A DNA stretch of 64,000 nt from an uncultured Nitrospira sp. (lineage in GTDB: Bacteria > Nitrospirota > Nitrospiria > Nitrospirales > Nitrospiraceae), in assembly GCA_964398045.1 (NCBI GenBank), contig CAYNLM010000001.1, positions 13,964 to 77,963 of the forward strand, in the 5' to 3' direction. The first letter of the stretch is position 1. Every line of letters begins with the position of its first letter. A model generated the notes under the pieces. It did not search any database and was not told the DNA's origin. It saw only the letters and a list, made by a program, of their open reading frames with translations. Shown one piece after another: positions 26,695-34,527 of this stretch. The position numbers and the translations under genes were made by a program.

Positions 26695-28053
26695 CTATTT
26701 CCATTGAGCAACATCTTTATGACGCGAGTTCGCGAGCGCCGGCGCGGCCAGCGGCTCGTGATAAGTTCCCAGGCTTTCGTGAATCAGCATGTCTTGCGAC
26801 ATGGCTACGTTGACTCCTGAGACGGCAATGACGATGTTCTTACCCCCGAAACCGAAACTATTGATCAACGCTCGTTGCATGGTGCGTGGCCGTCCGATGC
26901 ACGCCACATAGTCCAGATCGCATAGGGGATCAGGATGGGTCAGGTGAAGAGTCGGTGGGATGAACTGATGTTGCAGCGCGAGGACTGTTCCAACAAGTTG
27001 GAAGGCCCCGCTCGCCGCAAAGGCATGTCCAAGCGCAGATTTGAATGAACTGACCGGGACGCGGTAAGCCTGGGGTCCCATTGCATCTTTGATGGCCATG
27101 GTTTCGATCAGATCCAATTCAACTGTGCCAAGCCCGCAGGCATTGATGTAATCCACCTCTTCGGGGAACCAATGAGCGGATGTGATCGCTCGCTCAATTG
27201 AGCGACGATGTTCTTTGCCGGTTTCGTCAGGACGAGCCATGGAGTACGCGTCCGTGGTAAATGCCCACCCTTCCAGCTCGGCATAGATCCGAGCGCCCCG
27301 CCGTTCGGCATGTTCTGCCTCTTCCAGGATCAGGCAGCCGGCCCCTTCTCCCAACACAATCCCGCAGCGCGTTTGATCGAACGGGCGGGGAAGATTGCGG
27401 ATTGTTCCTCCTTGGTCCGGGGCCAAGGTTCGGCCTGCGTCCATCGCGGAGAAGATTGTGGGATGCAGCGGCGCTTCAGCTCCTCCGGCAATGACGATAT
27501 CCACGTCATGGGAACGGATGAGATCGTAGGCCCGGCCAATGGCGTTTGCCGTGGACGAACAGCCGATGGAATAGGTCTCACATTCCCCATGAGTCCCCAA
27601 CGCGATCGAGACCTCGGCCGAGACGGCGTTCGGAAAGGTCGTGGTCATGGTGAAAGGGTTCGTGTGTTTGTATTGCTTCGCCAGCATGGAATCATGCGCT
27701 TCAAACGCCTCCTTCAATCCTCCCACCGATGTGCCGAAGCACACCCCTACCCGTTGACGATCTTCCTGGTCCAAATCCAATGCGGCATCCCGGCCGGCCA
27801 TGAGCGCCGAGGCCACGGCGAATTGCGACACGCGGCCCATCCGGCGGGCTTTTTTGGGTTGAATGAAATCAGTTGCGTCAAAATCGGTGATTTCGCCGGC
27901 GAGCGACGCGTTGAATGGCGCGGTATCGAAACTGGTGATGGGCTTGATGCCGGTTTCCCCACGGCTCAACAGGTGCCAAAACATGCCGAGATCGCATCCG
28001 AGCGGTGACACGACTCCTAACCCGGTGATGACGACACGTCGGTGACTTGTCAT
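26695..28053 (-). CDS. FabF-like beta-ketoacyl synthase (KAS I/II fold) with atypical active site
   Basis: Aligns by eye with E. coli FabF along its length ('RVVITGLGVVSPLG', active-site Cys in 'YSIGCSSTANAIG', 'SSFKSALGHAFAASG', 'NSFGFGGKN'). The first catalytic His motif 'NAHGTST' reads 'NACGLGT'. Confidence 0.85.
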   Translation of the reverse strand: MTSHRRVVITGLGVVSPLGCDLGMFWHLLSRGETGIKPITSFDTAPFNASLAGEITDFDATDFIQPKKARRMGRVSQFAVASALMAGRDAALDLDQEDRQRVGVCFGTSVGGLKEAFEAHDSMLAKQYKHTNPFTMTTTFPNAVSAEVSIALGTHGECETYSIGCSSTANAIGRAYDLIRSHDVDIVIAGGAEAPLHPTIFSAMDAGRTLAPDQGGTIRNLPRPFDQTRCGIVLGEGAGCLILEEAEHAERRGARIYAELEGWAFTTDAYSMARPDETGKEHRRSIERAITSAHWFPEEVDYINACGLGTVELDLIETMAIKDAMGPQAYRVPVSSFKSALGHAFAASGAFQLVGTVLALQHQFIPPTLHLTHPDPLCDLDYVACIGRPRTMQRALINSFGFGGKNIVIAVSGVNVAMSQDMLIHESLGTYHEPLAAPALANSRHKDVAQWK

Positions 28054-29378
28054 GAGTGCACCTCTTCATGTTCATGCAGCGACGAAAGATTGGCGCCCTC
28101 ATCAAGATGGCTCTGATGCCACGCGGCGAAATGATCCCGATGCGCGTGAGGGACCGATTCGTTTGGATAAAACTTATCGTAAAAGCCCACGTCCAAATGA
28201 TGGGCTTGAAAGGCAATAACCGATTTAAAGGCATCGGCATGAGCGGGAAACCGCCCGTAGGTCCGATAGACGTAATTGCAAAAGTGAATGACTGCTTCGA
28301 TGGCGCGTTGATCGTGAGGCATGATCTGCGATTTGTCTTCAGCACTTGCCCATGGCCGGCTTGTGGGACTGGTGTAAATTCCACCGACTCCGAACTTTGA
28401 GTCGACAAGACTCAACACCGCCTCCTCAATGGAGGAGACAAACGGAGGGCAGGGACCTTCCCACAGGTTGGCCAGCCCTACAGGGTTCGACCGCACTCCC
28501 GCCACACCTGATGACTTAAACGAAAACCCCAGACCTGAAAAAATCTCCGGTTCAAGTCCCAGAAGGTGCCGCCCGCTGCCGACGCTTTGAATGCCGCCGC
28601 CCAGGCCGATCGCTTGAGACATCAAGAACAGGTTCTGACAGACCAAACCCTGCTCTTGAATGGCGACGTCGCTCATCGCTGCATCGAGTTCTCGGAGGGT
28701 CATGACCCGGTTGGTGGTGGGATTGTCGTGGAGATGCCCGCCTCGACTACGGCGAAAGGAGTCCAGGCCGCAACCTGCATCGCCGTTATCGGTATCGATG
28801 AAAAAGTAGCCGTACTCCTCGCTGAGAAGCACCAGAAGGAGATTGAGATAGACCCGTGCGACTTCTGTGACGGGAATCATATAGAGCGTGCCTGGGCGAT
28901 TGGTGTACCACTGATTGAACGAGAGCATGTACGGAAGGCGGCGAGGAATCTCCAACCGACGTTGCTGCAAGGTGATCAGCTCAGGGGGAATGCCGCTCTC
29001 GGGATGGGATACGGCCGAAGCGAAATACACGCCTTCGTCGTCGGTCAGAAAGAGCTTCGTAGTATTAGCCGCACAGGCGCTGGCGATCGTTCTGCCTTGG
29101 AAATTCATAATGGCCATTCCTTGGCCATCTTCACGGCCTGTTCGGCGGACGTATTGCATATCGGCCAAATGTCGCCCTGTCTCGCCGACGCCGGCGAACA
29201 AAAGATAGCGAATCTCTTCTCGGCTTAGAGGGACTGGAGGCATGGTGCTTCGATACCGAAGCGGTCCCGCCGGCAGTTCCATTCCGCAACCGAACCGACG
29301 TGTCTTGCGCTGCTCCAAGAGATCGAGCAACATGTGTACTGCAGCAGATTTGGTAATCTGGCATTCAGCGGTGACCAT
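28050..29378 (-). CDS. Uncharacterised 442-aa protein, probably nitroreductase-superfamily (FMN) fold
   Basis: 'LLEQRKTRRFG' near the N-terminus and 'AIQEQGLVCQNLFLMSQAIGLGG' resemble nitroreductase-family signatures. Strong AAGGAGGG RBS. ATGA overlap with the downstream ketosynthase. Confidence 0.5.
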   Translation of the reverse strand: MVTAECQITKSAAVHMLLDLLEQRKTRRFGCGMELPAGPLRYRSTMPPVPLSREEIRYLLFAGVGETGRHLADMQYVRRTGREDGQGMAIMNFQGRTIASACAANTTKLFLTDDEGVYFASAVSHPESGIPPELITLQQRRLEIPRRLPYMLSFNQWYTNRPGTLYMIPVTEVARVYLNLLLVLLSEEYGYFFIDTDNGDAGCGLDSFRRSRGGHLHDNPTTNRVMTLRELDAAMSDVAIQEQGLVCQNLFLMSQAIGLGGGIQSVGSGRHLLGLEPEIFSGLGFSFKSSGVAGVRSNPVGLANLWEGPCPPFVSSIEEAVLSLVDSKFGVGGIYTSPTSRPWASAEDKSQIMPHDQRAIEAVIHFCNYVYRTYGRFPAHADAFKSVIAFQAHHLDVGFYDKFYPNESVPHAHRDHFAAWHQSHLDEGANLSSLHEHEEVHS

Positions 29379-29430
29379 AAGTCCCTCCTTTGTGTGATGG
29401 AAAAGATAAGTGAAGCGCGAAAGGATAGGA

Positions 29431-29448
29431 CCTACCCGAATGGGTAGG
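29431..29448. promoter_or_regulatory. 18-bp palindrome CCTACCC-GAAT-GGGTAGG upstream of the nitroreductase-like/KAS/P450 operon (candidate LuxR operator; alternatively luxR-gene terminator)
   Basis: Perfect 7+7 inverted repeat with a 4-nt spacer. It lies 53-70 nt upstream of the operon start codon (29378) and 116 nt downstream of the upstream luxR-type gene stop. Confidence 0.35.
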
Positions 29449-29563
29449 CTAAAGACCAGCCTTGGCGAGCGGGCATTTGAGTAGCAGGGGACAGGATCTA
29501 AGTTAGAATGGACACGACTGCCTATACAGCAGTGGAGGGACAGGAAGGATGTGGGAGGTTTAT

Positions 29564-30349
29564 CTAGTCTTCGCGCTTATGGGGCGAGGGCAGAAGCAAT
29601 CCAGAAGAATTACACTGCCACTGGGCAACTGCAGACCAGCGATTCTCAACTCCACCCAATTTTTGATAGATGTTCTTGAGGTGGAACTTGATGGTGTTCA
29701 AGCTTACGTTCAGGATGACCGAGATCTCCCAATTCGTCTTGCCTTCGGCTACCCAACGCATGATTTCCTCTTCGCGAGCAGTCAGCTCTATCTTCTTCTC
29801 CGGTGTGCGGTTTCCTTCGGACCACGTTGTCGCCCGCATATAAGCCAGATGAAAATGAGGAGCGAGAATTTGCATCATAGTCCGCAACTTCCAGAGCGCT
29901 TTTTGATCAAAGTTGCTATAGACGAACCAGGTGCAAAGGCCGAGTACCCCTCGTACTCCAATAGAGAGGCAAGATTTTATTCCAAAATCGAGTTTTAAAT
30001 TCGTGACCTCTCTTGGAACAATTAGTTCAGGGGAATCTTCGCTTGAAACCATGTTAATTCCGGTTCGCTGCAAGAGCTGAATGGCGGGATCAGAAACAAA
30101 TCCTTGCGTGACGTACAATTCATGGAGTTCGGAATTGTAGTTCGTCTGGACAATCTGGAAAGCTTTTTGCTGAACATTGAAGGCACCACAGGCGGAAAAT
30201 TGATACGGAATGAGTGAACTCATCGCCGAAGTCAACATGGGCAACTGGTCTCTGCTTTGCACGCTCCGCACCTGGTGCATGATTTCACCCAGATGCTGAA
30301 ATTCTTTCCGGGATGGATACTGAAGGCTTTCCGGGCCCCGAAAAATCAC
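29564..30349 (-). CDS. LuxR-family transcriptional regulator, QS-type HTH with ~190-aa N-terminal (autoinducer-binding-sized) domain
   Basis: C-terminus 'LTAREEEIMRWVAEGKTNWEISVILNVSLNTIKFHLKNIYQKLG'. The N-terminal domain contains 'ELYVTQGFVSDPAI'. The listed start is GTG; an alternative ATG lies at 30280. The gene is visibly AT-richer than its neighbours. Confidence 0.75.
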   Translation of the reverse strand: MIFRGPESLQYPSRKEFQHLGEIMHQVRSVQSRDQLPMLTSAMSSLIPYQFSACGAFNVQQKAFQIVQTNYNSELHELYVTQGFVSDPAIQLLQRTGINMVSSEDSPELIVPREVTNLKLDFGIKSCLSIGVRGVLGLCTWFVYSNFDQKALWKLRTMMQILAPHFHLAYMRATTWSEGNRTPEKKIELTAREEEIMRWVAEGKTNWEISVILNVSLNTIKFHLKNIYQKLGGVENRWSAVAQWQCNSSGLLLPSPHKRED

Positions 30350-30653
30350 GACGCGACCTCTGTCGTTGCAGGCCTGAAGCGGAACGACATCTCTCCGAGG
30401 CGCGGCAATACGTCAGCGTAGAGGGATGAAGGAGAATTGACCGTACGGAGGTTCATGATCCCTGTCCCGAGGTGCATGGCGTTGATACAAGGCGAATAGA
30501 TCCTCATACCGACCACGACTGAGCACAGCTGGAATCTTGCCCCTGATCCGCGGCCCCATGTAAGCATATTATGAAAGCAGAAATCCATAGGGGATGACTC
30601 GACGCATTGAGCCTCCCTCACATATGTTAAGGTTCCGTAAACTCTTCAATAAG

Positions 30654-32456
30654 TTAGGTCAGCGTCGCACGCAAATGTGCGATTGTGGCTGTGTCCAGTC
30701 CTGCGGCACGGAGTTCGTCATCACTGGCTTCCGCAATGCGCGCCGGAGTGCCGAATGTCTTGAGCAAGGAAGCCCGCCTGATTTCGCCGATGCCGATGAT
30801 CTGGTCCAGTTTGGACGCGATGAGCGATTTGCCTCGGAGCTTGCGATGATAGGTGATGGCGAATCGATGCGCTTCGTCGCGAATGCGTTGCAGAAGATGA
30901 GTCGCCGGCGATTGCGCTTTAAGCACAATGGGATTCTTCCTCCCTGCCAGGAAGACCCGCTCATCTTTCTCGCCGCGCGCCTTGGCGAGCCCGATGATCG
31001 GGATCTCACGACAGCCTACTTCCCGCAGCCCTTCCATGGCAGCCGCAAGTTGGCCTAACCCGCCGTCGATCAGAATCAAGTCCGGCCTCGCCAAATGTTC
31101 CTCATGTCCATAGCGCCGTCCCACCACTTCTTTCATGCTGGCAAAGTCATTTGCTCCCATGACGGTCTGGATCTTGAACCGTCGGTAGTCCGCCTTCTTC
31201 ATCCGGCCCTCTTCCCAGACGACCAGGGAGGCGACCGATTGATTGCCCATGGTATTGGAAATGTCGAAGCCTTCGATCCGTCGAGGCGGCTGATCTAAGC
31301 GAAGGAGCCGCTTCAATTCCTCGCCCGCTTGGCGGTCGATTTCGACGTCACGGAGATGATTGGCGACGGCGGCTACCGCATTTTCTTCGGCCAACAGCAC
31401 CAACTGATGTTTGTTGCCACGTTCGGGAGCCAGGACGCGAACAGAGCTCCCGCGCTTGTCCGACAACCAGTGTTCAATGATGGGGGTATCCTCCAGGGCG
31501 ACGGGAACCAGCACTTCTTTCGGCGGCTGCCCATCCTTGTTGTAAAACTGCTCGATCGCGGATCGCACGAGTTCCTCATCCGACGTGTCGGCCGATTGGG
31601 GCCAAAAGAAGTCCTTCCGCCCGATCAAAAGGCCTCCTCTGACGAAAAGAATTTGCAGATCCACCGCCGAACCCTGCCGCGCCAGGCCGATCACATCCTG
31701 ATCCGTGGCAGACGTTTGCGTGATGCGCTGCTTTTCGAGCATCCGGTCAATCTTAAATAGACGATCCCGAAGCCGGGCCGCTTCCTCAAACTCTTGCCGT
31801 TCCGCCGCGGCTTCCATTCTGGCGCGGAGGTCGTCGAGGAGTTCGTGATCACGTCCTTCCAGAAACTGGCGGACCTGTTTCACGATCTGATGGTACTCTT
31901 CCTTGGTCTGGTTGCCCGTGCACGGCGCCAGGCAGCGCTTGATCTCAAATTCAATGCAGGCGCGCTCGGCTTTGCCGTTGATGTCGATGGTACACGTGGC
32001 GAGCGGAAACACATGTTTGATCACTTTCAGCGTTTCACGCAGCGCGTTGGCGGGTGTATAGGGCCCATAGTAGAGCGCCCCGTCTTTCTGCACGCGCCGG
32101 ACAATTGAGAGCCGGGGGAAATCTTCCTTAATCGGAAGCCGCACATAGGGGTACTGCTTGTCGTCGCGCAGCACGACGTTGAACCGGGGGCGATGGCGCT
32201 TGACCAGATTGCTCTCGAGGATCAGCGCTTCCAGTTCCGATCGAGTGACCATCGTGTCCAGGTCGGCCACCTGGCTGACGAGCAAGCTGGTCTTCGGGCT
32301 ATGGTCTGTTCCTTTTTGAAAGTAAGACCGGACCCGATCCGCCAGCACCGCCGCTTTCCCGATGTAAATGATCTCTCCGTGCGCATCCTTGAAAAGATAC
32401 ACGCCCGGGTTGTTGGGCAGGTGATCGAGCTTTGATTGGAGAGCGTCAGTCGTCAT
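30654..32456 (-). CDS. uvrC: Excinuclease ABC subunit C
   Basis: GIY-YIG N-terminus 'PGVYLFKDAHGEIIYIGKA', a UVR-like region, an Endo V-like domain and a C-terminal HhH. 600 aa. Confidence 0.95.
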   Translation of the reverse strand: MTTDALQSKLDHLPNNPGVYLFKDAHGEIIYIGKAAVLADRVRSYFQKGTDHSPKTSLLVSQVADLDTMVTRSELEALILESNLVKRHRPRFNVVLRDDKQYPYVRLPIKEDFPRLSIVRRVQKDGALYYGPYTPANALRETLKVIKHVFPLATCTIDINGKAERACIEFEIKRCLAPCTGNQTKEEYHQIVKQVRQFLEGRDHELLDDLRARMEAAAERQEFEEAARLRDRLFKIDRMLEKQRITQTSATDQDVIGLARQGSAVDLQILFVRGGLLIGRKDFFWPQSADTSDEELVRSAIEQFYNKDGQPPKEVLVPVALEDTPIIEHWLSDKRGSSVRVLAPERGNKHQLVLLAEENAVAAVANHLRDVEIDRQAGEELKRLLRLDQPPRRIEGFDISNTMGNQSVASLVVWEEGRMKKADYRRFKIQTVMGANDFASMKEVVGRRYGHEEHLARPDLILIDGGLGQLAAAMEGLREVGCREIPIIGLAKARGEKDERVFLAGRKNPIVLKAQSPATHLLQRIRDEAHRFAITYHRKLRGKSLIASKLDQIIGIGEIRRASLLKTFGTPARIAEASDDELRAAGLDTATIAHLRATLT

Positions 32457-32459
32457 GCG

Positions 32460-32548
32460 TCATCCGTCAACCGTAAGGATAGCAAGAACCGGTGTCCGTT
32501 TTCTCCCCGCTTGACGCTTGATGAGCGGTTGACGTTTGACGTGTGACG
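32460..32548. repeat. Word-repeat element (TTGACG-type heptads), uvrC/dapF spacer
   Basis: TTGACG, TTGATG, TTGACG, TTGACG and GTGACG recur with period 7 at about 32511-32548. The complementary CGTCAA lies at 32465-32470. Confidence 0.5.
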
Positions 32549-32553
32549 GGTGC

Positions 32554-33423
32554 TTACCTGAGCCCGCGCACGAATGATGGACTCAGCGCGCCACGTGCCA
32601 CCTCTGCGACCGGCCCTTTCATGGTGAGGCTGAAGTCGGGGGCCACCTCGATGTTCAACGTGCCGCCCGGCATTTTGACCGTCACGGGGCTCTTGACGAG
32701 TCCCAGGCGAACGGCGGCGCTCGCCGCGGCACAGGAGGAGGAGCCGGAGGCCTGCGTTTCTCCTGCCCCGCGCTCCCAAATGAGAATGAAGATTTCGCGC
32801 GGGCCCGTCGGAACGGCGAGCTGGACGTTGGTGCGCTTCGGGAAGAGCGGGTGGTTCTCCAACTCGGGCCCGAGGAGCAGGAGCTCTTCGCGCGTCCATT
32901 CGGCTCCCGTGGGCTTGAAGACCACGCAATGCGGGTTGCCCACGCTGACGCCCGTGAACGTAAGGTCCTGGCCGGCCACGGTGAGGGGTTGCTCGATCAG
33001 CTCATCGACCGGCAGGGCGCAGGGTAATGCGGCCGGCTTGAAGGTGGCCTGCCCCATCTCAACTGTCACCGCACCGGCGTCGCCGTGACGATCGATATGC
33101 AACTCGATGGTGACGAGGCCGCCCTTCGTCTCGACGGTGAAATGCTTCTTTTTCGTTTTGCCCGTGGCGTGAAGATAGCGGGCAAAAATGCGGAGCCCGT
33201 TGCCGGATTTTTCCGCCTCGCTGCCGTCCGGATTAAAAATGCGCAGGCCGAAGTCGGCTTTCTTCGAAGGCACCAACGCCAGAATACCGTCGCTGCCGAG
33301 TCCCCAATTGCGATCGCACACGGCCTTGATGTTGGAAGGCGTCAGCTTGAATGTCAGCTCCTTGGGGTCCATGACGATGTAGTCGTTGCCCAAACCATGT
33401 CCGCGGAAAAACCCGTTCTTCAT
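32554..33423 (-). CDS. dapF: Diaminopimelate epimerase
   Basis: 'GLGNDYIVMD', 'FNPDGSEAEKSGNG', 'GNPHCVVF', 'WERGAGETQASGSSSCA'. Confidence 0.9.
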   Translation of the reverse strand: MKNGFFRGHGLGNDYIVMDPKELTFKLTPSNIKAVCDRNWGLGSDGILALVPSKKADFGLRIFNPDGSEAEKSGNGLRIFARYLHATGKTKKKHFTVETKGGLVTIELHIDRHGDAGAVTVEMGQATFKPAALPCALPVDELIEQPLTVAGQDLTFTGVSVGNPHCVVFKPTGAEWTREELLLLGPELENHPLFPKRTNVQLAVPTGPREIFILIWERGAGETQASGSSSCAAASAAVRLGLVKSPVTVKMPGGTLNIEVAPDFSLTMKGPVAEVARGALSPSFVRGLR

Positions 33424-33546
33424 CTGTCAGCTCCTTAATAAGGGATCGTCATTCGGAAGAAACTTAAATGAGTCATCCGTGATTCGAGAGAAAGAAGGTA
33501 CTTCGGAGGGCGTCGAGTCGTCAATGCGGAAGGCGGGCTTCGCAGG

Positions 33547-33945
33547 CTACACGATTTTTACGTCCGCCGGCCGCTCGATGAGTTCGATTTCATAACCGTC
33601 CGGTGCATCGATAAAGATGAAGCGGCTGCCCGAGGAAGTCGTAGTCGGGCCATCGGTGACCTTGACGCCTTTCGCATTCAGACTCGCAATGGTTTGATCG
33701 AGGTTCTCAACTTGAAAGGCGAGATGGACGAGGTCTTCCTGCACCTTGACCGGACCGCTCGGCGGGAAACTGGTCAGTTCAATCAACTCGTCGCTGTTAG
33801 GGACTTTCAGAAAGGCGAGCTGCGATCCGCGAGGAGAAGTCTTGCGTTCGATCACTTCGAGTCCCAGCACACTGGTATAGAAGTGGATCGTTTCATCCAA
33901 ATTGCTCACGCGCATCCTGGTGTGGAGAAGTTTTGTAACCTTCAT
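33547..33945 (-). CDS. VOC/glyoxalase I family protein
   Basis: 'LLHTRMRVSNLDETIHFYTSVLGLEV', 'HLAFQVENLD', 'FIDAPDGYEIELIE'. ATG 33945; the ORF track begins at TTG 33981. Confidence 0.8.
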   Translation of the reverse strand: MKVTKLLHTRMRVSNLDETIHFYTSVLGLEVIERKTSPRGSQLAFLKVPNSDELIELTSFPPSGPVKVQEDLVHLAFQVENLDQTIASLNAKGVKVTDGPTTTSSGSRFIFIDAPDGYEIELIERPADVKIV

Positions 33946-33969
33946 CGCGCTATCCCCATCCCGAAATTC

Positions 33970-34055
33970 GTCACTCGTCAACCGTCAATCGCAAAAAGAT
34001 CAACGAACCTCGATGTCCACTCCTCACGTTTGACGCATGACGTTTGACGTATTAC
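33970..34055. repeat. Inverted word-repeat element (CGTCACT/CGTCAAC/CGTCAAT vs TTTGACG/CATGACG/TTTGACG/TATTACG)
   Basis: Period-7 words on both arms. The right arm at 34028-34055 encodes the last residues and the stop of the GNAT gene. Confidence 0.6.
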
Positions 34056-34527
34056 GTGGCTGTCTTGCCGGTCCCGCTGTTTTCCGAAGGAGCATCTCCG
34101 CGCTGCCCGGAATCAGAAAATTCGGCATGGGGCCGATTTCCTGGTAGCCGTGCCTTTTATAGAATTCTCGTGCAGGCTTATTGAAGTCGGACACGCAGGC
34201 GAAGAGGTTTTTGGTTCTCCCAAACACAATTGTCTCTATATGTTCGAGCAACCTTCCCCCTAGCCCCTTGCCCCTTGCCCAGAGTGCGATGCCCAAGAGT
34301 TCCAGATAGTCGCCCAGCAGAAACTTCTGCTTGACGATCGCAATGCCGGCGACGCGGCCATCCCATTCAATCACGAAGCTTTCTCGTCCTTGAGGGATGG
34401 GGCAAAAGATACGGTTCCAGTCGTCTTTGGAATAGCCCAGTGTTTTCCAGGGATCAGACTCACCTAGCAGCTGGACAATCGCCTCGCGATCGTTCGGGCT
34501 CATCTCTCTGATCAACGGGTCTTTCAT
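34024..34527 (-). CDS. GNAT family N-acetyltransferase
   Basis: 'LLGIALWARGKGLGGRLLEHIE' (Q/RxxGxG/A acetyl-CoA motif) and 'AREFYKRHGY'. The last ~10 codons are encoded by a TTGACG heptad repeat. Confidence 0.8.
   Translation of the reverse strand: MKDPLIREMSPNDREAIVQLLGESDPWKTLGYSKDDWNRIFCPIPQGRESFVIEWDGRVAGIAIVKQKFLLGDYLELLGIALWARGKGLGGRLLEHIETIVFGRTKNLFACVSDFNKPAREFYKRHGYQEIGPMPNFLIPGSAEMLLRKTAGPARQPRNTSNVMRQT

Noticed and set aside
28470-28500. tRNA-like T-arm string ('GGGTTCGACCGC') and similar 'GGTTCGAA' strings (for example near 24030).
   Set aside because: They lie inside well-supported CDSs. I could not build an acceptor stem or an anticodon arm around them. No tRNA is called in the window.
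30346-30621. 91-aa minus-strand ORF between uvrC and the upstream luxR-type gene, ending in a GTGA overlap with it (considered as a possible small or precursor peptide gene).
   Set aside because: - Both the ORF start (30621) and the overlapping luxR start are GTG.
- No Shine-Dalgarno is visible for either the GTG or the internal ATG (30588).
- The translation is Cys/Ser/Arg-rich and unlike a folded protein.
- I keep it only as a caveat for the luxR start.
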